Source of the DNA: Promethearchaeum syntrophicum
Lineage (GTDB): Archaea; Asgardarchaeota; Lokiarchaeia; Sigyniarchaeales; Promethearchaeaceae
Assembly: GCF_008000775.2 (NCBI RefSeq)
Contig: NZ_CP042905.2
Location: 1,740,001-1,772,000, forward strand
DNA: 32,000 bases
Direction: 5' to 3'
Position numbers and translations under genes: made by a program. Positions 17,447 through 26,824 of this stretch are shown in pieces. Numbering within the stretch: the stretch's first letter is position 1; the number at the start of each line of letters is the position of its first letter. The notes under the pieces were generated by a model. The model saw nothing but the letters and a program-made list of their open reading frames with translations, was not told where the DNA came from and ran no database searches.

Positions 17447-20400
17447 TCAAACCATACTTATTATGAAATACTCAATCCGATTAATCAATTTAAGAAGATT
17501 TTTTTCTTTAGTTGAGTCGGTTTCTTTAATCCATTGGTATCTCTCCCGAAATTTATCTATAAGTCCATCGGTTTGTGGATTGTTTTCAATTTTTTCCATA
17601 GCTTTTTCCCACCCCGCTTTAAGAAATTCATACGATTCTTTGAATTCCCCTTTTTCATATAGCATCCTGCAAGGAACTATGATTTCGCTCAGTTCGAGGT
17701 CAAATTCGTCCATCCATTCATCATTAGGGATTTTTTGTGAAGGGGGATTTTTTGGGGGAATAGTCGCAGGTAACACGGTAGGATCTTTCATTGGTTCCCT
17801 TTCCTGGATAACCGAATCGTCAGGAATAATGATCAGATTATCTTCGGACTGATCGAATTCATCTTCCTTAATACAATCTCGGGCTTTCACGGTGAGTTTA
17901 TACCCCGTGATCTCGAAACTTTTCCCGCCTACTGTCTTTTCTTCTACCAAATAGCCTAATTTTCTAAGATTGTCAAATATCCCCATAATTGATTTCTGGG
18001 TAGCTGCAAGTTCTCCATGGGAATTTTCCGCAAACAATTCACTGAGATGGGTAACGATTTGATCCTTTGTCAGATAGGGCAACTGGTCCAATTTAAGGAC
18101 ACTACTTCTGAGAAAAAGCAGCAGATTCTTATTAATGTGGGTGTCAGGAAAATCAGATTCTAAAAGGGTTTTGGGTTGGGTGATTTCCTCTGCATCGAGC
18201 AGTTGCGGAGGAGTTAATTGGAAATCGTGGATTTTCGTTGCGCTAATTCTGGTCATGTGAGGAGATTCAAAATACTTTGCCAAATTAAACTGGAAGACAT
18301 ACGGGGTGATATATTTCGGTCTGAGCACAATACATTTATCGGGATCAATGGTGGACAAATAATGGGATTGATAGGACACTTTTCTAGACGATCCTTGTAA
18401 ATGTTGGATATTGGTAAAATTTTCATCAAAATTCATAAACCCGTTAAGAATTCTTAGATTTGATTCCATCTGAGTCCGAAAGATAAATCTGTTCTTAAAA
18501 AGATTCAATACTGTGGGGTGGATTTCACTAATATTGGTTCCTGCTCCTACTAAGATATGCTGTTGTTTAATAAGTTGGAAAAGTGTGGAGTTAACCTGTG
18601 TATTTTGACGCATTTCGATTCTATTATTAAAAAGAATATCAAGCGCGGGAAGGACTATAGTTCTCGGAATTCTTTTTTGATTTTTGATCTCATCCAAATC
18701 CATTTCATAGATATATTGATATTGGGCTAGAAAGGCTTGAATAAACAGATTCTTTATATTATTGTCGTTTAAGATCTCCAAATTAATGATGAGGGTGGAA
18801 GCATTATCGGTTACGCCATCAAAGGGAATCCATTTTTGGATCGGGGTATCAAATGTCTTAACGAGAAAATCTTTTTGCAGCATATTCAAATCCGCATAGA
18901 CGGGATTTTGGTTTTTATAGTAATTTTTAATCCCATCCCCTTCAATGGAGATTTTATCACATACAGCCGAAATGGTAATATGGGTAGTATGGTCCACCGA
19001 TCCCCATGCGGATTTAAGGAGGGCTAATTGCCCATCGTGGTAGTGGAATACGCGCCCAAACACATCAATGATAGACGAAATATAGGATATGAAGGTTGGC
19101 CCTCGTTGATTATGAGGGAGGTCAAACAGTTCAATCCCAATATTTTCTCCCGCGGTTAAATACGTAATATTATTCACTGTGTTGTGTTTTTCGAGATGAC
19201 CAACCAAATGTTTCCAGGTCCCATCCCAATCAAATATTAGACAAGGAAATCGATGGGCTAAAAGCTCCGCCACACACCGAATTAATCCTTTTTGGGTATT
19301 TTTGTATGACTCTCCTAAGAAAAGGACATTTTCCTGTAATTCATTAAATGATATGCCTCCTGGGGTTTCGAGTGATATATTTTCAGGATTAAACGCATGT
19401 CCAAAAATAATTTCATCTTGAAGAAGGGGGGTAGAAAACTCCCCAGCGTAGTTTATCGGTAAAAATTTATGGATTTCTTCGGGAAGGGCGATAAACGGGA
19501 CCAGGGAAATGCCCGTTGTAAAATGGAGATTTAATAGGGAATTAAACGTGGAATACAGGCGCGCTTTGGTTAAATATTGATATATGATATTTGGTTTAAT
19601 AGACACGATTCCACAATTGGGAAATGCCATTTCGAACAGAGGCAAAAACGTATTCTGCAGGATTTTTGAATTCGTGATTAAATCCTTATCAGAGACTTCG
19701 ACCACATTCTGGTCTCTTACCATCCCGATCGAAAAGATTGGTTGGAAAAAATAAAACCCGCAATTTTGTCTTTCCAGCGAATTTCGTAAATGAGGTTTTT
19801 CTGACCATTTCTCCCAAAAATCACTAGATAATAATTGTTTAAACCGATTCATAGAACTGATCCGACGGGTATGAAATTGGATGGACACCGAGAAATTTCC
19901 AGATACAACATGATGAAGTAAAGATCTGTAAAATTTGACTTGATTAAACAAAAACGCTTTATTGAACGTGGTCATGCTGTAGTGCAGTTTTGAATATATC
20001 TTCTTCTTAAAATAATCATAAAAATGCAGACTTTTTCCCAATTTATGATAGAGAAATTCCCCTGAGGGAAACATATCAATCATGCTAAAATTTGCATCAT
20101 GAAATTCTAAGAAGTTGTTCCACCAGAAGTTAAGAACCATTAGAAGACATAAAATAAGAGACAAGAAAATCATAATAAAATATAGAATTCTGTTGTCGAT
20201 GCGGTATGTTAAGTACCACAAAACCCCTAAATTTCCCAAAAACCCCAGAATGGGGCGAATCCAAAGAATCCACCCTTTTTGATTTGGAGGCGAATTTAAT
20301 ATAGAATCTTTTTTAATGTGTTCATATCTTTTTCCTGTAATTGAACCTCGCAACGAATTAATTAATTCACCCCCAAATAAAGCGGAAAATTTGAAATGGG

Positions 20401-21151
20401 CGAAATTGGTTTCCAGAACGTTTAAAATCGAAATATAACTTTGCTTCATTGTATATAATAAGTTATCTATGGTGTGTTTAGAGGGAAATCGATAGGTTCT
20501 CGTGATGAAAATCGTATATTCAAACACCGTCTGAGCATCTCTATTTACTGTCTCGTTTTTTAAATTTTTTATTCTATCCCCGTAAATTGAATTCATATTT
20601 GACGTATCCGCTTCCACATTCTTGAGATCAATTTGAAAAGTCAGCGGAATATTCGTCTTTAATGAATAGAGAACTCGGAGGAAATTCTCAAAATTTGATT
20701 GGATATGGAGCGCGGTAGATCTGAGAGCAAGCCCCATGACCGCCACGACTTTATGATTGGATCGATTGGAAAAGAGCATAAGATTACCATTTTTCGGATG
20801 GACGGGTTGAGATGGATGTTTAATTACCGATCGAGCAGGATCTAACGAAATTTCGGCAATATACGTACGGAGAGAAGGGAGATGGACTCTCTGTATACTC
20901 CGTCCAAAGAATTTCGGAGAAAAATGAAGCGATTGATCGGAGAAAAATACAAATAAATTAAGTATGATCAAAACTCCCGACATCCCTGCCAATGTGGCGG
21001 GTTTGATATGAGGAAGAGCTAAGGCATATATCCAAATAATTCCAATCAAAGATAATAAATACCCAAATATGGATTTTCGTATCGGGGATTTAAAATAATC
21101 TTTATATTCTAACGGATCATAATTCAGGGTTTTTTTAGGAATTTTCTCCAT
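17447..21151 (-). CDS. Large membrane-anchored HerA/VirB4 (DUF87)-like protein with degenerate nucleotide-binding motifs and C-terminal winged-helix-like region (1234 aa)
   Basis: N-terminal TM pairs. Segment EIIFGHAFNPENISLETPGGISFNELQENVLFLGESYKNTQKGLIRCVAELLAHRFPCLIFDWDGTWKHLV is collinear with HerA/VirB4 ATPase cores, with GESYKNTQKG in place of GxxGxGKT/S. C-terminus: IFDNLRKLGYLVEEKTVGGKSFEITGYKLTVKAR. Confidence 0.65.
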   Translation of the reverse strand: MEKIPKKTLNYDPLEYKDYFKSPIRKSIFGYLLSLIGIIWIYALALPHIKPATLAGMSGVLIILNLFVFFSDQSLHFSPKFFGRSIQRVHLPSLRTYIAEISLDPARSVIKHPSQPVHPKNGNLMLFSNRSNHKVVAVMGLALRSTALHIQSNFENFLRVLYSLKTNIPLTFQIDLKNVEADTSNMNSIYGDRIKNLKNETVNRDAQTVFEYTIFITRTYRFPSKHTIDNLLYTMKQSYISILNVLETNFAHFKFSALFGGELINSLRGSITGKRYEHIKKDSILNSPPNQKGWILWIRPILGFLGNLGVLWYLTYRIDNRILYFIMIFLSLILCLLMVLNFWWNNFLEFHDANFSMIDMFPSGEFLYHKLGKSLHFYDYFKKKIYSKLHYSMTTFNKAFLFNQVKFYRSLLHHVVSGNFSVSIQFHTRRISSMNRFKQLLSSDFWEKWSEKPHLRNSLERQNCGFYFFQPIFSIGMVRDQNVVEVSDKDLITNSKILQNTFLPLFEMAFPNCGIVSIKPNIIYQYLTKARLYSTFNSLLNLHFTTGISLVPFIALPEEIHKFLPINYAGEFSTPLLQDEIIFGHAFNPENISLETPGGISFNELQENVLFLGESYKNTQKGLIRCVAELLAHRFPCLIFDWDGTWKHLVGHLEKHNTVNNITYLTAGENIGIELFDLPHNQRGPTFISYISSIIDVFGRVFHYHDGQLALLKSAWGSVDHTTHITISAVCDKISIEGDGIKNYYKNQNPVYADLNMLQKDFLVKTFDTPIQKWIPFDGVTDNASTLIINLEILNDNNIKNLFIQAFLAQYQYIYEMDLDEIKNQKRIPRTIVLPALDILFNNRIEMRQNTQVNSTLFQLIKQQHILVGAGTNISEIHPTVLNLFKNRFIFRTQMESNLRILNGFMNFDENFTNIQHLQGSSRKVSYQSHYLSTIDPDKCIVLRPKYITPYVFQFNLAKYFESPHMTRISATKIHDFQLTPPQLLDAEEITQPKTLLESDFPDTHINKNLLLFLRSSVLKLDQLPYLTKDQIVTHLSELFAENSHGELAATQKSIMGIFDNLRKLGYLVEEKTVGGKSFEITGYKLTVKARDCIKEDEFDQSEDNLIIIPDDSVIQEREPMKDPTVLPATIPPKNPPSQKIPNDEWMDEFDLELSEIIVPCRMLYEKGEFKESYEFLKAGWEKAMEKIENNPQTDGLIDKFRERYQWIKETDSTKEKNLLKLINRIEYFIISMV

Positions 21152-21170
21152 AACAACATTGATAGCCCAT

Positions 21171-21180
21171 CCTTATAAAA
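21171..21180 (-). promoter_or_regulatory. TATA box for the HerA-like gene
   Basis: Minus strand TTTTATAAGG about 25 nt upstream of the ATG at 21151. Confidence 0.6.
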
Positions 21181-21200
21181 ACAAAAAAAATCAATGCGAT

Positions 21201-21208
21201 TTTAAATA
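21201..21208 (+). promoter_or_regulatory. TATA box for 21233 gene
   Basis: tttaaata about 28 nt upstream of the ATG at 21233. Confidence 0.55.
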
Positions 21209-21232
21209 GAAACAATTTTAATAGTTTTTATC

Positions 21233-23029
21233 ATGGATCCCTTCTACGTAAAAGTGGATGAAATTAAACACACTGTCGAGGAAAAGAACTATGAATTATC
21301 GTTAAGCCTCTATTCGGTATTAATCGAGACCTTCACGGAACCCTATCATGAATTTGAGATAAAACGCCTCAATCTAGATAAGCTCATGGCGACAGTATCG
21401 AAAAAATATTTTAAGAGGCAATTAGATGAAAATATCACATATTGCCAAGACATGATTAAAAATAATGATGTTGAGCAAGCTAAAATTTATTTGGATAAAG
21501 CCAAGAAAAGTTTAGGGAATTTAAATAGCAAATTCATTATATCTCAAAAAATAAAATTAAGAAAATTAAAAAAGGAAATCGCGATATTAGAAACCCCGCT
21601 TGATGTGTATCCTGAACCCGACTTAGACGAGTGTATTGATGATAAGCTTGTTCAAACGATTATTCCCGAATTTGATGAAAAATATTATAAGGCCACCTCG
21701 GAGTTGGTGGATGGATCGCTCAAACAAAATGGCTATTCCCGAATTAAAATCATACCAGAATCATTAATATTGGAGAATATTTATCGGTCTTTCGACCATC
21801 TCTATTATAAAATTCATAACGATCCTGAAGACGAACCGGCATTACTCTCGTTAATTTTCGTAAAGGTGGAATCCTCAAAGGGCAATATCAATTTAAGATA
21901 TCCCGAAGTTGATTATAAACCCATGGAACAAATGGGAAGTGCCGAAAGACACGTGATTCTCAATGATGTGGTGCATTTTCCGATTAGGATATTTAAACAT
22001 CTACTAACCACCATGGCCCAAAAAGACTACGAATCTTTTCGGATCACCACGGAAATATTTGAGGATTTACTCGTCAAAGTCTTTCCCCATGCAGAAATCC
22101 TTCAACATCCTCTTCGTGTAAAAAGTGGAGCTAAACAAATGGAAATCGATGCCCATGGTATAATTCTCTTAAAAAAATCCCTCTATCAAACTCAACTTCC
22201 AGGGCTACGATCGGATCATATCTATTTTCTAACGCAAGCTAACCTGCAACCCTTCATCGATTTTGAGGATAAAAAATATTTCGCATATATTTCAGCCAAA
22301 AAAGAGACCATCGAAAATTATGATTCCCCCAAACAAAAACACGGATTCTTCTCCCGCCAGTCCAAAATAGGATTTATCATTACCCCCCTCTTATTTATAT
22401 CTGCGCTGGCGGCGTTCTTGAACCAAGAACTCTTAACCCCGTTTCTGATTTTTGATTCAGTGTTAGCGATATTGACGGTGGGGCATGGAATATTCCAAAA
22501 AATTTTCGGGGAGGCAGAGTTATACAGGATAAGTGAATGGTGTATTCTTTCCCGCGACATCCGAAAATGGGACAAAGTCTTCGGGTTTCTTGCCGATGAA
22601 CATACAATAAATCTAATAAGTGCAGAATGTTCGAATTTCGGCAATCATCAAACATTAAGGGATCCCAAGAAGTTTACCCTCCCCTTTCTTCATAATTTTT
22701 CCCTGAAGATGTTCTTAAAAAGAAAAAAACTTCAAAAATATTACATAGATCCTGCAACAACGAAGATTAAGACCAAAAGCAAAGAATTCGGGCAAAAAAT
22801 CAAAGAGAAAACGATCAAAATATCAACCACATTAAAAAAGAAACCATCAAGATCTCCGCATCCCCCTAAGTTCAAAATAAAACACGTAAGAGACAGAGGG
22901 AAATCCACCACATTTTCTTCAACGAAACCTAAAATGCACATCAAGAAAAGAAGGAAGTTACCCTCCCCGTCTCCTCTATCGAGAAATTCAATCAAATTAA
23001 CATCGATCAATTCGTTTTTGGAGGATTAA
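21233..23029 (+). CDS. Hypothetical protein with N-terminal helical region, paired TM helices and very basic C-terminal tail (598 aa)
   Basis: Coiled/helical N-terminus. IGFIITPLLFISALAAFL...LLTPFLIFDSVLAILTVGHGIF hairpin. Lys/Arg/Pro/Ser-rich C-terminus. Confidence 0.8.
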   Translation: MDPFYVKVDEIKHTVEEKNYELSLSLYSVLIETFTEPYHEFEIKRLNLDKLMATVSKKYFKRQLDENITYCQDMIKNNDVEQAKIYLDKAKKSLGNLNSKFIISQKIKLRKLKKEIAILETPLDVYPEPDLDECIDDKLVQTIIPEFDEKYYKATSELVDGSLKQNGYSRIKIIPESLILENIYRSFDHLYYKIHNDPEDEPALLSLIFVKVESSKGNINLRYPEVDYKPMEQMGSAERHVILNDVVHFPIRIFKHLLTTMAQKDYESFRITTEIFEDLLVKVFPHAEILQHPLRVKSGAKQMEIDAHGIILLKKSLYQTQLPGLRSDHIYFLTQANLQPFIDFEDKKYFAYISAKKETIENYDSPKQKHGFFSRQSKIGFIITPLLFISALAAFLNQELLTPFLIFDSVLAILTVGHGIFQKIFGEAELYRISEWCILSRDIRKWDKVFGFLADEHTINLISAECSNFGNHQTLRDPKKFTLPFLHNFSLKMFLKRKKLQKYYIDPATTKIKTKSKEFGQKIKEKTIKISTTLKKKPSRSPHPPKFKIKHVRDRGKSTTFSSTKPKMHIKKRRKLPSPSPLSRNSIKLTSINSFLED

Positions 23030-23032
23030 ATT

Positions 23033-23185
23033 ATGATATGTGAAAAAATGAGACGATATGAGCCCCCAACCGTTGTCCAATGCCCGTATTGCAAACAGCG
23101 AATTTTTGTGCGCAATCCTGGTCTTCTTTACTATTCTTGTAATAAATGTGGGCGGAACTTTTCTTCCTTCGGAAATATCTATTAG
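23033..23185 (+). CDS. 50-aa zinc-ribbon miniprotein
   Basis: ORF MICEKMRRYEPPTVVQCPYCKQRIFVRNPGLLYYSCNKCGRNFSSFGNIY. Two CxxC pairs. Starts 3 nt after the upstream stop. Below the ORF-track length cutoff. Confidence 0.65.
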   Translation: MICEKMRRYEPPTVVQCPYCKQRIFVRNPGLLYYSCNKCGRNFSSFGNIY

Positions 23186-23389
23186 AAATTACATTTCCTA
23201 TGATCAGAATAATCAAATAAAGAAAAAATACAAAAATCAAGGATAGAAAGAACGAAAAAATTTAGTCAGCTCCAAGGTAATTCTTATTCTCAATTTCTTT
23301 CCTTCTTTTCTTAATAAAAACGATAACATAATTAGTAAGTGAAACACTTAATAGTTGATTTTTTAAATATTTTGTTAGGGCAAAATATC

Positions 23390-24394
23390 ATGATGAACAT
23401 ATATCTGGAAAAAAAACTAGTATACGGAAACCGAGCATCTATTAAATTGTGGAATTTTAATAATGACAATATCGTTGATTATTTTAAGAATAGATTTAGT
23501 TCATATCTGTCTGAATTGGGATTATCTTGGCATCCTTTTATACATCCAGAAAACCATATTGCAGTAAAAAATGTACAAACTAAAAAGAACGATTTCTTTA
23601 TTGATATCAACCACAGTTGTTGTGAAGGCGAAGAATGGCGTTATCTAAATTTTGATATGAATCACCTTATATTTTTTGATATATCAGATAAAGAAAAAGA
23701 ATTCAGAGTTCTAAATCAGTTTAATGAAAGAATTAAACCAAAAAACAAGTCTAATGAAATACTTAACATAGATGAAACCAATACAGAGTTTTTCCTCAAT
23801 CCATCGTTCGTTCTTATCTTATATGATTCGACAAATGAATCAGGAAATTATCACCTACCTGAATCCTATTCACTTTACATTCCATCATATTCTGATTTAA
23901 ATATTATTGGACAAAAACACTTTGATATCCAAGGTTTTTATGACTGGCTTTACAAATCCACTTTTAGAAAGACCAGGGGTGTAATACAAGAAAGAAATCC
24001 TAAAGTTTTAAAAATGTTTAAAGATTTTCATGATAAATCTCCTGCTAAAGATATAAATATTATTGTAGCTCACATTGCTAGATATAAAACTGATAATATG
24101 GAAAATATTAACGATAAATCACGATTATCTCAGATTTTGAATCATTTTTCACAGAGTGAACTGAAAAAAATGGGAGAAGAATTACAATTAACAAAAATTC
24201 CGATGAGAAAGAAACAATTAATAAAATCTCTTGTCGATTTATCAGATCAACCTAATAATAGAGACAACATTATGAAAATTTGCATGAGTTGTTTGCAAAA
24301 GGAAGCCCAAATTCTTAAATCAAGCAAAAAAATGAAAGAATTTGTATCTCAATTTGAAAATATGCTTGGTGTTAAAAATCTAAAGAAAAAATAA
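23390..24394 (+). CDS. Hypothetical protein with C-terminal SAP-like helical segment
   Basis: ATG at 23390 lies about 25 nt from a TATA-like tttttaaata (23361-23370). ORF track extends to GTG 23339. Segment LSQILNHFSQSELKKMGEELQLTKIPMRKKQLIKSLVDL resembles a SAP-type helix-linker-helix. Confidence 0.7.
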   Translation: MMNIYLEKKLVYGNRASIKLWNFNNDNIVDYFKNRFSSYLSELGLSWHPFIHPENHIAVKNVQTKKNDFFIDINHSCCEGEEWRYLNFDMNHLIFFDISDKEKEFRVLNQFNERIKPKNKSNEILNIDETNTEFFLNPSFVLILYDSTNESGNYHLPESYSLYIPSYSDLNIIGQKHFDIQGFYDWLYKSTFRKTRGVIQERNPKVLKMFKDFHDKSPAKDINIIVAHIARYKTDNMENINDKSRLSQILNHFSQSELKKMGEELQLTKIPMRKKQLIKSLVDLSDQPNNRDNIMKICMSCLQKEAQILKSSKKMKEFVSQFENMLGVKNLKKK

Positions 24395-24412
24395 AACCCT
24401 AATCCCAAAAAC

Positions 24413-25165
24413 CTAATTTTTTACAGATCGGAACCTTCGAAAGAAATTACTCCTTTGTTTGACGGAAAATTCATCAAGAAAATATTGTTCTCTTCGGGTT
24501 AATTCGATTTTCTGGGATTTTCTTCTAAAATACTCTTTCATATATTTCTCAAATATCTTGATCTTATCATACAATACCGAAGGAGAGATGAAATCAAAAT
24601 AAAAATCTAATTGATCGACGGAAAGCCATTCATCTTCAAAATTCGCGGCAAAATATATGGAGGTTATGGCAAAAGTTCGGTATTCCCCAGGCAATACAAA
24701 ATTATTTCTGATCATCGTAGATAATGCGATGGCTTTTTTTTGGATTTCGCGACTTAACCCCACCAAATCGCAGATGTTTCTTATATGATCATTAAGCGAA
24801 TGATTAATCGGTTTCAAATCGAGCTCTTGGCAAAATGTAGCATATAATCTGAGATGATTTGAAAGATGGTGAGTGGCCCGAATATCCAGGGTGGTTTTGA
24901 TCGTTCTCAGCGAGAGATATAATTTTTCTTCTAAATTGAGCCTGTAAAAACATATCGCTAATAACATTTTATCGTGAATATTGTTAAATTGCTGTGTTTT
25001 TCGGGCATTTTCAAATAATTCCACAATTCTGCGAGAGTAAATGGGAGAAAGCTGGAGATGGAAAATTAGATTAAATACTTTTTCTTCGATGTGGCTTCTT
25101 TCCACATTCTTGGAATTCCCATTATATTTAGTTAAAATCTGACTCATGAAAGAAGAAGAAATCAA
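24413..25165 (-). CDS. TFB/TFIIB-like cyclin-fold protein lacking the N-terminal zinc ribbon
   Basis: LNDHIRNICDLVGLSREIQKKAIALSTMIRNNFVLPGEYRTFAITSIYFAANFEDEWLSVDQLDFYF resembles a TFB core repeat. No CxxC pairs at the N-terminus. Confidence 0.5.
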   Translation of the reverse strand: MISSSFMSQILTKYNGNSKNVERSHIEEKVFNLIFHLQLSPIYSRRIVELFENARKTQQFNNIHDKMLLAICFYRLNLEEKLYLSLRTIKTTLDIRATHHLSNHLRLYATFCQELDLKPINHSLNDHIRNICDLVGLSREIQKKAIALSTMIRNNFVLPGEYRTFAITSIYFAANFEDEWLSVDQLDFYFDFISPSVLYDKIKIFEKYMKEYFRRKSQKIELTRREQYFLDEFSVKQRSNFFRRFRSVKN

Positions 25166-25497
25166 TGATATTTAAAGAGCAAATGCGACAGAAAGAAAAT
25201 TCGAAAAAGCCAAAAAGCAAAAAAAATCAGAAATAGATTCTCGAGGATTTTCCGCTCAGTAGACATATTAAAATCCCTACCCCTATCAGAATTTCTGTCG
25301 ATCCAATCCAGGTAATAGACCGAGTTTGTGCAAGAATAAAATTCTTTAACCCCTGAAATACGACCAAAATGCCTATTAGGATTATGCAAAACATAATCGG
25401 TGAACTTGACGATAGTCTCATACAAGATATTCGTTGGGAGGATTTAAAAAAACGGAATTCATTAGGGTTTTATATATTCATCTTTTAATAACTAATT

Positions 25498-25827
25498 ATG
25501 TCATCCCAAAATGCAAATTACGTCGTAAAAATGAACACAGCCCTGAGTAATAAACCGTTTTTTGTCAAAATCACGGATCCGAATATATCAATTTCCCGAA
25601 ATTTTTCCGAAGCAATTTTCGTCCTTAGAAATACAGGAAGACCGTTGGAAAGTGATCAATTCCACCAACTTTTTGAACATCATCAAATTTTTTATAGTGG
25701 AAAAACAGTACAAAAAGGAGAATTCTTTCGGGATTTATCTACAATAAGCCAAAATATTAATGAACAGAACATGACGTTGGTGGAACTGGATTTAGTTTCA
25801 AGTCATTCAGGAGGGAAAAATAAATGA
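25498..25827 (+). CDS. Hypothetical small protein (109 aa)
   Basis: ATG ORF overlapping the next gene by 4 nt (ATGA). Confidence 0.6.
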   Translation: MSSQNANYVVKMNTALSNKPFFVKITDPNISISRNFSEAIFVLRNTGRPLESDQFHQLFEHHQIFYSGKTVQKGEFFRDLSTISQNINEQNMTLVELDLVSSHSGGKNK

Positions 25828-26324
25828 TTAGTTTTTCACGAAATAATATTGGATGTGTAGCTTTAGTATTTACGATAGCATTTCTTATTTCAAATTCTAC
25901 ATCTGCAATCTATAATGATACTTATGAAAAATATATTTTTTTGGAATCCTATTATTTTGAAGAAAATCAGATGATCATGTGTACCATCAGAAGCACTGTG
26001 GGAATGGATTACTCAATTCAATTCCGCCGCAGTCCAGACCGTATCTCTGGTCCAGAACACACAGAAAGAACCATAGAAGGAAATACATTTTACATATTTA
26101 CTTTTAATACCTTAGATAGCCACCATTTTACTTTAGTTGCCAATGATATTGACGGTATAACTTATCACGTCAAATTTTTTCAAGCTATACCCAAATGGAT
26201 AATTAATATTGGCACGATGGTTTTTGGATTGACATATGTTATTTGGGTAATTTATGATAAAAAATTTGCTGAAAAAATAGAATATACAATGAAGGCAGAT
26301 AAAAATGCGAAACCAAAATATTGA
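25824..26324 (+). CDS. Small exported or membrane protein (signal segment plus C-terminal TM)
   Basis: NNIGCVALVFTIAFLISNSTSA signal-like start. WIINIGTMVFGLTYVIWVIYDKKF TM segment near the C-terminus. Confidence 0.7.
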   Translation: MISFSRNNIGCVALVFTIAFLISNSTSAIYNDTYEKYIFLESYYFEENQMIMCTIRSTVGMDYSIQFRRSPDRISGPEHTERTIEGNTFYIFTFNTLDSHHFTLVANDIDGITYHVKFFQAIPKWIINIGTMVFGLTYVIWVIYDKKFAEKIEYTMKADKNAKPKY

Positions 26325-26611
26325 TATCCCCTAGTTCGGTAATTTTCTCCCAAGATATTTTTTTTTACTTTCACTTTTCGGTATCATTCTTTAAATAGGA
26401 TGACTGAAAATAGAATTCCAGTCCAGTTAAGTTTAAATAGGTCGAAGTTTCTTAAATTTATTTAAGGGAATAAAAATTCGGGTGTCATTATCACAAGAGA
26501 CTACTTTTTCCAAGAGAAAGGACAAAATTCGGATCACCTATTTGCCTCACTTCCGTACAGACTAAAAATTAAGAATTACCCGATGAGCTCGATATTAAAT
26601 ACTTCAAACAA

Positions 26612-26824
26612 ATGAAGGTGAGTATGGAATTGATTGAGAAAAAACCTATCAAGATCAATAACGATACCATTACATTATATATTTATAAGAGAGATAATGG
26701 GAAACTCGTGCTTTGGCGGGGGAACGATCTGGACAACCGTAAAAATCACCTATTCGAATCCTATCACCAGAATTTAATTAATGTTTTTATTTCCAAATTC
26801 ATCAAAAGCATTCTTGTAAAATGA
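26612..26824 (+). CDS. Hypothetical small protein (70 aa)
   Basis: 4-nt overlap with the downstream HNH gene; length is marginal. Confidence 0.45.
   Translation: MKVSMELIEKKPIKINNDTITLYIYKRDNGKLVLWRGNDLDNRKNHLFESYHQNLINVFISKFIKSILVK

Noticed and set aside
22318-23240. Minus-strand ORFs at 22318-22644, 22395-22655, 22741-23010 and 23031-23240
   Set aside because: Opposite the well-supported 21233-23029 and 23033-23185 genes; best explained as mirror ORFs.
25162-25425. 87-aa minus ORF overlapping the start of the TFB-like gene by 4 nt
   Set aside because: The overlap suggests coupling, but there is no motif and composition is unconvincing; left uncalled.
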